Shown: one piece after another, positions 1 to 10,400 of the stretch
How positions within the stretch are numbered: position 1 is the first letter of the stretch
How the letters are laid out: every line of letters starts with the position of its first letter
NCBI RefSeq assembly: GCF_001194135.2
Contig: NC_068982.1
Coordinates: 499,411 to 532,161 of the forward strand
Direction: 5' to 3'
DNA length: 32,751 nucleotides
From: Octopus bimaculoides
Taxonomy: Eukaryota
Program-made: the position numbers and the translations under genes
Notes under the pieces: model-generated
Told to the model about the DNA's origin: nothing
Seen by the model: only the letters and a program-made list of their open reading frames with translations
Database searches by the model: none

Positions 1-962
1 AATATAATGTATGGGTATATTTATTTTTTTTATATATTATTGTTTTATATATTATTTTCTTCATTTTGTACTTTTTTGTACTTCTTTGTAAAAAAACATT
101 TTCATTCTCCTTCTTCTTGATAATTTGCTTCATCGCAATGAAAACCAGTTAGAAAAAATCTTTATTAAATTATGCTCCCAGTTCAGCATTCTGGCTTTTT
201 TTCATTTTCCTATATATATATATATATATAAGTAAAATAAGAAAATGGAGTTAAATCAATTAATAAGTATATTTATTAATGCAAAAATAAACATAATCTC
301 TTACAGCTGTTTGAATTCATACTTTAAAGATCATAATTGTGATAATTAAATCATTTTATAAAGCAGAATCTCGTCAGTAGCAGAAATGAAGATTTACCAT
401 TATTAGGTATTAAGTATACGGAACATTACTGAGCATTGTTATGTGGATGAATTTGGTATAAACCTTGGTGGGGGGCATAGGGTGTATATTTAGAGAGAAA
501 GTAAATATATATTAATATGCTCTGAATAATAGTTAGAAGGTATGGAGATAGATAACTATTCTAATGAAGCATCAGCTTGACGTGTTTAGCCAAAGAATGG
601 GTTGGAGGTTATCAGCCTTGAGATAAACATAACTAAAAATTATGCTGGCAGACACTAACAAATTAATGAAATCACAACTCCTTTTTGTGGTTGAGCTAGG
701 ATAATTCAGCAAAGAAATGATTGGCTGATGAAAAAAAGGCTTTTTGATCACTCCTACTCAGCTTGTAACTCAATCATAAAATTGTTCACTCATAACATTT
801 GATAAACAATGCTGAATTGATTTCGATAATGATCAGATAGTAAGCCTGATAAGAAGGCAGGTTACCTTATGACAGAATTGCACATAAAATTTGCTGGATC
901 TTTCTGTTTCCAAAGCATGTTTTACTGAATTGTGACTGCTCATTCTTATTATTCATATATGC

Positions 963-1180
963 ATCATTGTCGTCGTTTAACATCTATTTTCCATGCCAGC
1001 ATGGGTTGGACAGTTTGACAGGATCCGGTCTGCTACAAGGCTGTGCTGGGTTCCAATGATAGCTCTGGCATGGTTTCTATGGCTAGATGTCCTTCCCAAC
1101 GTCAACCAATTTAGAGTACATACTGGGTGCTTTCTTTTAATGCCACCAGCATTAGTGAGGTTGCCAAATAACCTAAAAGG
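963..1180 (-). mobile_element. RTE-tailed short retroelement
   Basis: cgtttaacatc..ttttccatgccagcatgggttgga, the shared 3' end of the family. Confidence 0.8.
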
Positions 1181-1609
1181 TTGTTTTGTAGAAAATTTCT
1201 CGTTGATTTTTCAGATAATCTTCAATATGTTGTCTTATATCATGAGCCTTGTGAAGAATTTTACTTCTCAAATATTTTTGCATGTTCTTCATCCTTCAAG
1301 ACACAAATGTTGTTTGGTGCAAAATCTGGGTTAGAAGGGAAGTCATTCATAAAACCTGCTTTTTTCTTGTCCATCATAAACTAATATTTCAACACTGAAT
1401 AAAGAGGACATCTGTGTGGCTTCTGATGAGGATGGTGGCATTTCATCAGGAAATCATTCTATATATTTTACACATTTCTGCTATCAAAACCATTTTTCTT
1501 TTGCAAATGCTCAGCATCAGAGACTCCCAATGCGATGTTCCAGATCACATCTTCTTAGATTCTGATTCTAAAAGAAACTTCCAATCAGTTAATTACATTT
1601 AGACTCTGG

Positions 1610-1642
<33 letters not shown>

Positions 1643-2298
1643 GAACATGATCATCATCACCATAGTTGTCACCATCATCAATACCAGCAGCAGCACATTT
1701 ATTACATTCAGTTTGCATGATGGTACAGGTTGGAGAGGTTGTCATGATCAACTTTCATCAATCTGGGGCTGATTAAATCGACTAAGCCCTTCTACCAAAA
1801 TTGTGCCATTCTACTGATGCTTGGAATTACTTCTAGGATTCATCTTTCTATATATGGAGTTCAAACATTTCTCCAAGACTGATTCAATAATCGCCAGTAA
1901 TACACTGAAAGGAAAGTATTCGTTCAATTAGATTGATTTTTTTTTAATTAATAAATTCAAAATAAATTTGAAAAATGATGACTAAACCTGAGTAATTCTT
2001 CCTGCAAATGATTTTTCTGGAACTTTTAGGTTTTTTGCGATTGCGTTAAGAGCCATTATGATGTTTTCAAGTTGACAAAAGTTGATTTCTTGTACTAAAA
2101 GATTTGACGTTAAGTGTCTTAGTGTATAGAGTTCCAAGTCCAGTAACAGACTCTGGCATTGGTAGGTGCCTAACTAGCAACAGAGAGGAATAGAATAAAT
2201 AAAATTAAATAATACATCAAATTTATGAACATTGAAATTTAAAACAATTGACAATTCTATAGAGAGAGTCACATATCAATAATATATCAATGATATTC

Positions 2299-2519
2299 AG
2301 GCAGCAAGATGGCAGAACCATTAGCATGCTGGGGGAAAATGCTTTGTGGCACTTTATCTATCATTATGTTCTAAGTTCAAATTCTGCCAAGGTCAACTTT
2401 ACCTTTTATCCTTTCAGGGTTCATAAAATAAGTACCAGTAGAGGACTGAGGTTGAGGTAATTGACTTGCACGCCCCCTCGTAAATTGCTGGCCTTGTGCC
2501 AAAATTTGAAATTAATATT
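2299..2519 (+). mobile_element. tRNA-derived SINE (family A)
   Basis: A-box-like tggcagaa, B-box aagttcaaattc, central cttttatcctttcagggttcataaaataagtacc, 3' gctggccttgtgccaaaatttgaa; paralogs at 22645 and 30454. Confidence 0.82.
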
Positions 2520-2879
2520 AAAAAAACAACAAAAACACTCTAATGGAGATACAAGCAAGTAAGTGCAATCCACAACCATCAAAATTCACATCATTATATC
2601 TCAAACACATACTTTCATGTGCAAGATAGTCTCTCATTACCACAACATACAACAATAAGATAGGTGTGTATATATATATATATGTATATAATTAAGTATC
2701 TAAGTGTTCCCCTATGTATAACTGCAACAAAAAATATATAAACAATTACATCTTCAATACAACAACTCTTCTATTTATTTAAATTAACTGATATAAAAGA
2801 AAACTGCTTAAATTAACTAATAATAATCTATATTTATTGTTTATCGGAGGGAAAATTCTGTAGCAGATATGAATAGAAT

Positions 2880-3570
2880 AGATAAGAATATGCTCTCTTC
2901 TCATGTTAAACTGGTTCACCCCATCCCACCCACCTCCTTTCACTATTTCATACCTACCCCCATCTCTTTCCCAGCTAACGTCCCTTTGCCCTGTCCCTGT
3001 CAACTACATCATCACTACCTTGCCACTCTCCCTCTACTCTAACCCCAACCACCCTCCCTCCCTCCTTCCTCAACTCATCATTCATTAGTCATCACCCTTC
3101 GACTACACAACTTTTTCACTGTTGCAGACTACCTCCCAGTCACTCATTTGTTCCCCAAACAATTTTAAAAACCTCAATCCCAACCACCCATTCACTTTTA
3201 CCCAACTTGGGCTTTGTGGAGCCTCCTAGACACCTCAGCCCTAACAGCTATCTCTTTGCAGCCCCCTACAGATCATTCTCTCCCTCTCCTGCTAAATGTA
3301 ACCCTGCAGCTCTTCTACAAGAATCTACTTTGCCCATACCCCTCATATTGTATTCCCTCAAGCCCCAGCTTAAAACCCTAACCCTAACCCAACAGTCCTG
3401 GGGGTTGTAGTCCTGCAAGATGCATAACCTCGATAGTGCTGGTGGCAGGAAAAAAAAACCCCACCCAGTATACATTGTAAAATAGTGTTAGGCAGGGCAA
3501 CCAGCCATAGGAACCATGCCAAAACAGACAGTTGGAGGTCAATGTGGTCCTTGAAGCCATCAGATGCTGT
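2880..3570 (+). mobile_element. Degenerate RTE-tailed element with long C/T-rich 5' part
   Basis: agtgctggtggca..cacccagta..cagccataggaaccatgccaaaacagac at the 3' side; similar to the reverse complement of 4409-5190. Confidence 0.55.
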
Positions 3571-3604
3571 CAATATATGTCAGTGTATATATATATATAT
3601 ATAT

Positions 3605-3960
3605 CTCATCATCGTTTAACGTCCATTTTCCATGCTGGCATGGGTTGGACAGTTCGACTGAGGTCTGGGAAGCCAGGAGGCTGCACCAGGCCCCAATCTG
3701 ATCTGGTAGTGTTTCTACAGCTGGATGCCCTTCCTAACACCAACCACTCTGAGAGTGTAGTGGGTGCTTTTTATGTTCCACTGGCACAAAGGGCCAGTGG
3801 AGCTGGCATTGACCATGATCAGATGGTACTTTTTATGTGCCACTGGCACGGGGCTCACAACTACAACTTCCATTTGATTTGATTTTGATATTGCTGATGT
3901 TTATGTACTTGACTCAATAGTCTCCTCAAGCACAGCAGGTCGCCCTACGATCCAAGGTAC
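3605..3960 (-). mobile_element. RTE-tailed element
   Basis: catcatcgtttaacgtccattttccatgc...; its 5' part matches 28510-28650. Confidence 0.85.
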
Positions 3961-4270
3961 TTTTGAGTGGGCTGGTTATTTACATATACTGAAGGAAGTA
4001 CAAGAATGTTCCACAGACACACAGACACACACACATGATGAGACTTCTGCCTACCAAATACACTCACAAGAATTTATCATCTATCTTTGTATTAACAATG
4101 GCTGTGCACCACACTCTCTTCTGTTAGATGCAGCATGATATGACTGATGGTAGATTAAATGTGAGGACAACTGATGAGATCTGCCTGTTGGCAAACGCCT
4201 GTTCAAACCTTCTTTTTGGACGCTAATTGCCCCCCCCCCCATCTTCATTTCCTCTTATAACTCCTACATC

Positions 4271-4400
4271 CTCAGAGTTGGCACTGTCAATGTAGGTACT
4301 TTGAAAGGTAGGTCTGGTGAGATTGTTGAGATGCTAGAATGGAGGCATGTAGAAGTGTGTTGTGTTCAACAGAGAAGGTGGAGGAGAGCTTCAGCCAGGC
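4271..4400 (+). mobile_element. RTE LINE apurinic-endonuclease N-terminal fragment
   Basis: LRVGTVNVGTLKGRSGEIVEMLEWRHVEVCCVQQRRW resembles APE motif I. Confidence 0.75.
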
Positions 4401-4408
4401 AAAGAAAC

Positions 4409-5190
4409 ATCATCATCATCACCATCCTTTAACATCGATTTTCTAAGCTGGCAAGACCAACACCAGCACTAAATTCCATTGTCTGTTTTGGCATTGTTTT
4501 CTAAAGGTGGATGTCCTTCATATCATCAACCACTTTACAGAGTGTAATGTATTGAGTGATTTTTATGTGGCACCAGCACTGACGGGGTCACCAAGTACCT
4601 TGCAAGATAAAAAGCCCCTTGACTGGGAGGGGTAGTGGTAGTGGTGGAGTAATACTGGTGAGATGTTGCATTGTGATAGTTGAGAAATTTAAGGTATAGA
4701 AGGGACAGATGTAGGTGTCTTGTTGTAGAGTAAATGCATGGCTACCCCAGTTGGGAAAGAAAAGAGAATTGGAGGGTTAGGAGAGCAATAGCGAGAGAAA
4801 TGATGGCAAAGATGTGTTGGGAATTCTCATAAGAGACATTGAGGATGGTGAGAATAGGTGAAGTGACAGAGAGGCTTAGGCTGGGTGAGTGGGCAGGATG
4901 TAGCAAATGATGGAGAGAGAAATATAGGAGAGGCTCAGTGGCAGGGCTTGCGGTAGATATGTGAAGGCATTGAGGGTGGTAGCAGGTAAGCAAGGTGTTA
5001 ATAATGGAGAACAGGAGAGGGAGGGAAGAGGAGGTGGATGGGGGAGGTGATTGGTGGAGTAGGCAGGGAAAGAAAGGGAACCAAGTGGGGCTGGGAGCAG
5101 TGACTAAGCTTATTCTGTTCTCAGATGATAGAGAAAGCGAGTGGGGGAAGGGGTTGCTGGGGGCAGAGCCCTTCATGAACATGCATTGCT
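4409..5190 (-). mobile_element. RTE-tailed element with purine-rich (plus strand) extension
   Basis: (CAT)n tail, ggtggatgtccttc, gtggcaccagcact, cttgcaagataaaa, then G/A-rich sequence. Confidence 0.6.
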
Positions 5191-5199
5191 AAGGTGGTT

Positions 5200-5615
5200 T
5201 AAGGATATCAATTTAGCTGTGACTGGGTGTTTATTATGCAACTCCATCCAACTGCTTGTCAAAACAATAGTTTAGAGCGAGAGTGGACAAGAAGTTTTAC
5301 AAAATTATTTATAGAATTATTCAAAGTCACTTCGATAAAATGTTATTTAAGGGAAATCGTTCGATTAAAAATCGGATACACAAAGGAAAAGAGAGGGCTT
5401 CTACGAGGGTTGCTCTAACTGCTAGAAACAGCAGTCAAATCTACTTTACATCACATCCTGCAAGTTTAAGACGTGATGGTCATGGTAAGAATACACTTCA
5501 CCTTTGAACAACTTGTTTAGCGCCAATGAAAGAAGCCTCTTTGTGATCAATCAATCAGCTAGAAATAGCAGCTAAATTTTTAGCCAATAACGCAATTCTT
5601 GATATAGAAAAGGGC
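5200..5615. repeat. Interspersed repeat, family unresolved
   Basis: gctagaaa(t/c)agcag..aaat motif at about 5420 and 5558, shared with 14263-14310. Confidence 0.4.
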
Positions 5616-5646
5616 CATGTAATTATATATATATATATATATATAT

Positions 5647-6051
5647 NNNNNNNNNNNNNNNNNNNNNNNNNNNNNNNNNNNNNNNNNNNNNNNNNNNNNN
5701 NNNNNNNNNNNNNNNNNNNNNNNNNNNNNNNNNNNNNNNNNNNNNNNNNNNNNNNNNNNNNNNNNNNNNNNNNNNNNNNNNNNNNNNNNNNNNNNNNNNN
5801 NNNNNNNNNNNNNNNNNNNNNNNNNNNNNNNNNNNNNNNNNNNNNNNNNNNNNNNNNNNNNNNNNNNNNNNNNNNNNNNNNNNNNNNNNNNNNNNNNNNN
5901 NNNNNNNNNNNNNNNNNNNNNNNNNNNNNNNNNNNNNNNNNNNNNNNNNNNNNNNNNNNNNNNNNNNNNNNNNNNNNNNNNNNNNNNNNNNNNNNNNNNN
6001 NNNNNNNNNNNNNNNNNNNNNNNNNNNNNNNNNNNNNNNNNNNNNNNNNNN
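5647..6051. other. Assembly gap (N run); others at 8916-8925 and 15706-15982
   Basis: Run of n flanked by (TA)n. Confidence 1.
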
Positions 6052-7097
6052 ATATAACATAAATGTGTCAGATGTTGTTTACACGTAGTTGTAGATATTT
6101 AAGAAAGAAAAATATATAAAAACGCACAGGAGGTTTGTATAATAAAATTTATGCTAATATTAAGATCGTAATGAAACAAAGAATTATATGACAACATTAT
6201 ATAATAAACTGGGAGTACCGGTTTCGCGTCTTACGCTTATCGAACTTCCAAGGTCTTAGATTTCAGCCAGTTTTGTTGCTGAGAATAATTTTTGCAGTCA
6301 AAGGGACGTAACTCTTCAATTTTTCTGAAGATAATTTGGGATGGAACTGTTGAATTTATCTGAAAATGACAAGTTACTTTCAAAGTATTGTATACAGATT
6401 TGGTTCTGGTTTATATATCTGGATGAATGATTTTTTTTATTAAGACGAGTTTGTGTTCAGGTCCAGTCAGCAAATTTGTACAGACGGAATACACACATAT
6501 ATATATATGTAATTAAAAAAGTTAAAACGGGGAATTTTGCCTTCATTGCCTGTTTGTTGCTTCCGTAGAAATCTACGGATGCACAAACGCACAAAACGGA
6601 GAAAATGAAACAAATATGGACGATTAGTTCAGAAACACCCGCAAGTGGGGAAACAGTTCTCAAAATAGCCCCCAATTGTTTTCCCCCAAAATTCCTATGT
6701 CTCGGAATATACATAGTCCGAGGTATAATTTTGTAGAGAATTTCATTAAAAATATTCATTTTCTTGAAAGTTAAGACTAATTGAAGTGGACTCCAGTGAA
6801 GTTTCTGAAATTCCCCGATCCACCTCCTCCTAAAACACCCCCCCCCCACTATATTCGGAATCTGTATGATATAACACATATTCGTAGAAAATTTCATTAT
6901 AAAATATCCATTTTTTAGAAAGTTATGATCAGCCAAAATCGGGGGCAGAAATCTGTAGTTATACCTATATATAACATAAATAAAAAGTGGCGCCCGCCAA
7001 ATCAGAAAGATCCATATTGATCCTATATATATTTTATTACCTTCACGGTGTTTACCATTTTACAAAATCAAACTAGAAAACTGGACAAAACAGAGAA

Positions 7098-7368
7098 CAC
7101 AATTGAGGTACTACTAAAGCAGCGTGGGCCCGAACGCGCAGTCGCGCTAGCTAGTCTTGAGTGGTCGATCCTAACCATAACCCTATCCCTAACCCTAACC
7201 CTGTCCCTAACCCTAACCCTATCCCTAACCCTAACCTTAACCCTAACCCGCGTGTGCAAATGAATACGTGTTTAGGGTTAGGGTTAGGATCGACCACTCA
7301 TGACTAGCTAGCGCGGACGCGCGACTGCGCGTTCGGGTCCGCGCTGCTTTAGTAGTACCCACAATTGA
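7098..7368. mobile_element. Non-autonomous foldback/MULE-like MITE (7107-7359) with internal telomeric repeats
   Basis: Perfect 9-bp direct repeat CACAATTGA at 7098-7106 and 7360-7368; TIRs of about 80 bp starting GGTACTACTAAAGCAGCG; internal (CCCTAA)n and (TTAGGG)n. Confidence 0.88.
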
Positions 7369-8840
7369 TATCGAAGGAATACACAAACAAAATTTAACAT
7401 TTACTCTTTGTTGACAAAAAAAAAAAAGATAATAATCCAACGAAATATTAACTTAAAATCATTTTTGCAGCAGAATGTAATGGAACGAAAAAAAGCAGAT
7501 TTAGAGAGAATGTAAACTCACATTAGAACTAAAATTATGAAAAGTTGGACGGAGTAAAACGGCGCGGTTTTTATAGCAAAGAACACCCAAAAATATAACT
7601 TGGCTTCCCGTATAACCGAAACGAATAAGTTAATGCTTCGATGACGGAAGGAGGGTTCACAATTATTTCCTTTATTCACTTGCCCTATTAACCTATTAAC
7701 CCGTTTGGTTGTTCTTTGTTTATCTGTTTTTAAGATTAAGCTTATTCATGAGTAACTCGTACGTTGTTTTCTAACCAATACTCAAGAAATTATGTAAATC
7801 TGATCGAAAGGTCTTACTCAACATTTTATTAAATTCAAATTCAATCGTTTAAACAGTTTTATAAATAAAACAGGAGTGCTCTCCCTTTGTCCATATTTCT
7901 GATAAAACACCTTTTCTTCTGAGAGTTACTTGTTGAGGAGGAGGTTGACAAGTATTGCATTTCTTAACTAATTCCTCAAACTACTCTAGACAGAATTTAG
8001 ATAAATGACTTGAGGTCATGATGGAGAAAAATAGATAATGCAATGTTTATTTCATGAGCATGACAATAATTCAACACTACAAGACATGTAGAATATTGAG
8101 TGATAGAGCTTATTGCAGCAACCTAAAAGTCACTCAAACGCTCCGATACACCCCCTCCTCCCAAATGTAAGACGACTAATAGTTCAACTAATGACTTTTC
8201 AGATGATGTAAAACTTGCCACCATTACATACTATTCTTTGTTTTTTGTGTGTGCATGATAGTCTCATTTTCATAAAATGTGCTCAGCAGTCCATGCTGTG
8301 TAGTCAATCCCAGCACTTTATGGGTCAAACAAAAATGCTATTATTTATTTGGAGATTATGTCTGTCCCACAGCAAATGCTAAACAGGAACAAAATAAACG
8401 AATTTTGAAATTCAGTATCTCCCATATTTAAATCTTCAAAACCTAAAGATTATTTTGAACCAAAAAAAAAAAAAAAAAAAAAAAAAAAGCACCTGGGTGG
8501 TATGGGATCCAACCCATTTGAAATTTTTATTCCTTTTGGAAATTCAAGAGAACCAAATTATTTTTGTATATTCCTCATTATTGTTGTTTTAATTTGTTTA
8601 AGCATGTTACTCTCCTCGAAGAGTTCGAAAACAATAAATTGTTTTAGGTCAATCCAATGGACCTGTTTTTATAGTATGAATAGGAACGTGCCTTCCATAT
8701 AATTCAGAAAATATCCAACATAAACGGATTGAAGAACCTTGAAACAGCTGCAGTAAATATATGTCAAAGTTTAGCTAACATGTTTCTTGGTAGGTTTTTT
8801 TTTTAACAAATATGACATTAATTATTTTATTATATATAAT

Positions 8841-9000
8841 ACATATGTATATGGTACTTATATGGTATATGGTACATATGTATATGGTACTTATATGGTA
8901 TATGGTACATATGTANNNNNNNNNNGTACTTATATGGTATATGGTACATATGTATATGGTACTTATATGGTATATGGTACATATGTATATGGTACTTATA
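8841..9000. repeat. 33-bp minisatellite (acatatgtatatggtacttatatggtatatggt), at least about 5 copies
   Basis: Identical tandem units with a 10-N placeholder at 8916-8925. Confidence 0.92.
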
Positions 9001-9616
9001 ACTTAGGTTTTGGCCAGTATAGGCCCAGGCCATGTCTAACTTAATCGTACCCAATACCACATTAAATTCAAAACTCAAAGAAAACACAGACATGAGCAAA
9101 GAAAGAAAAAGAAAAAAAGAAAAGAGGAACAAAGAAAGAAAAAAAATTCAATTGAACACCAAAAGTGGCCCCAACTGGTTGCAAATCACAAGGTTCAACA
9201 GAAGCAAGTCAACACGCTCACAGCATTACTTTGGGTGAGGATGAAGCTAAGGCATTGTAACAGGCAAGCACCCTTACAGGCATCACCTGACACCTTGGTA
9301 AAGCGAACCGTCAACTATGGCAAGAACTTTGCTCTTCATAGACCAGTCTCTCCAAATGTCTCCTACTGATAAGTCCTGACACTTTGGGATTTTGTTCCAT
9401 TCAGTTATGGAAGCAGTGACCATCCCATTTACCTCAGCATCCAGGTTGTGAGAAGGAGCAAAGGATTCAAAGACTGTGGCATCCCCACTGAGACACCTAC
9501 TTCTTACCCAGGGACAAAGGACACTGGCATTGCTTTGGTTAAACTATACACCAGGGTATAGTATGTAAAGTAATGGAGAATGTACAAAGAGTGCGAAGAC
9601 AAGACTATTTATGCAC

Positions 9617-9647
<31 letters not shown>

Positions 9648-10067
9648 ACATAGACTTAAAGAGAGGAAGTATTGCAGAGTGTGTAAGCGAGAAAGAGAAG
9701 AGATAATTAAACAGAGAGAAATTGCTTGAAAACTGCAGTTTTTACAGAAAAACCCATGTGAAAAACGCGGTTGGTTTCTCACATTATGTGGGAAGTCTGG
9801 AAAAAGTGTTATAGTTCATAACCATCCTTGGTACATAAGTAATGTGTGTGTAAAGTTTGGTGAAAATCAGTTGAAAAGTGGAGAAATGCATACATACTAC
9901 ACACATACGTACACACACACACATTCTTTGTTTTATATAAAGAGATTACAAATCTCAATGCATTTTTTTTTTCAGCTTTAGAATTATTGCTTTTATGGTC
10001 ACATGTTTTCATTAAACCAAATCTTATCCTTCACTATTTTTTGTCATTTTGTCAAATACTTGAAATA

Positions 10068-10400
10068 AGTACAGGGTGGGGGGAATGGGGAAAAATGAGT
10101 AATTACCAATTTCTTGTTATTTTCTTGCTATTTGTTTGAAAACAATTACATTGTGCAAGTATTGCATCACCATTTTGTGTTTTTGCATCATCTTTGAGAG
10201 TAAACATTTGCCACCATTGTTGTTGTTGTAGTTGCAGTTGAGGCAGTTTGAAACCGTCAGGTAACAGGTGTTTTATTTTCAAAAAATTTCCCTCAACTTT
10301 GACCCAATTGTAATTGAAGTTGCTAATTAAATATCTAGACAATTTTGGATGTTCAGCAATCCAAATTCTTTCTTTAAAACAAAAAGTTTTAAAAATCCAT
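10068..10400 (+). repeat. Dispersed repeat, paralog of 14597-14990, possibly DNA-transposon derived
   Basis: Shared attacattgt, gtcaggtaaca, cctcaactttgaccc(a/g)attgtaatt, aatatct(a/g)gacaatttt. Confidence 0.7.

Larger units (their letters stand above)
866..7072 (-). pseudogene. Candidate multi-exon gene or pseudogene, helical protein with weak recalled resemblance to the SYCP2 N-terminus
   Basis: Splice-bounded segments: 7072-7041 (gtaaaATGG, MVNTVK/gtaata), 2173-1988 (62 open codons after a strong polypyrimidine acceptor), 1904-1831 (VLLAIIESVLEKCLNSIYRKMNPR/gtaatt) and 924-866 (KHALETERSSKFYVQFCHK/gtaacc, weak acceptor). There is one phase conflict between 1988 and 1904. Confidence 0.5.

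Noticed and set aside
2299-2400. tRNA-like A/B boxes here and at 18560-18622, 22645 and 30454
   Set aside because: These are SINE heads with no complete cloverleaf; not tRNA genes.
3374-3390. Short AACCCTAACCCTAACCC
   Set aside because: Under three units, inside a C-rich retroelement body; not evidence of a telomeric site.
4742-5182. 146-aa minus-strand ORF
   Set aside because: S/P/L-rich by-product of a C/T-rich repeat body; no domain motif.
6457-6936. 159-aa minus-strand ORF
   Set aside because: No recognisable motif, crosses TA and poly-C tracts, and has no convincing splice context; probably interspersed repeat.
7048-7263. ORFs with LTLTLS / RVRVRD repeats
   Set aside because: Translations of the telomeric array.
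8787-9132. ORFs with YGTYMV / HIHMY repeats
   Set aside because: Translations of the 33-bp minisatellite.
9293-9540. Stop-free minus-strand frame (GDATVFESFAPSHNLDAEVNG...)
   Set aside because: No family recognised and no clear splice sites; cannot be supported without a search.
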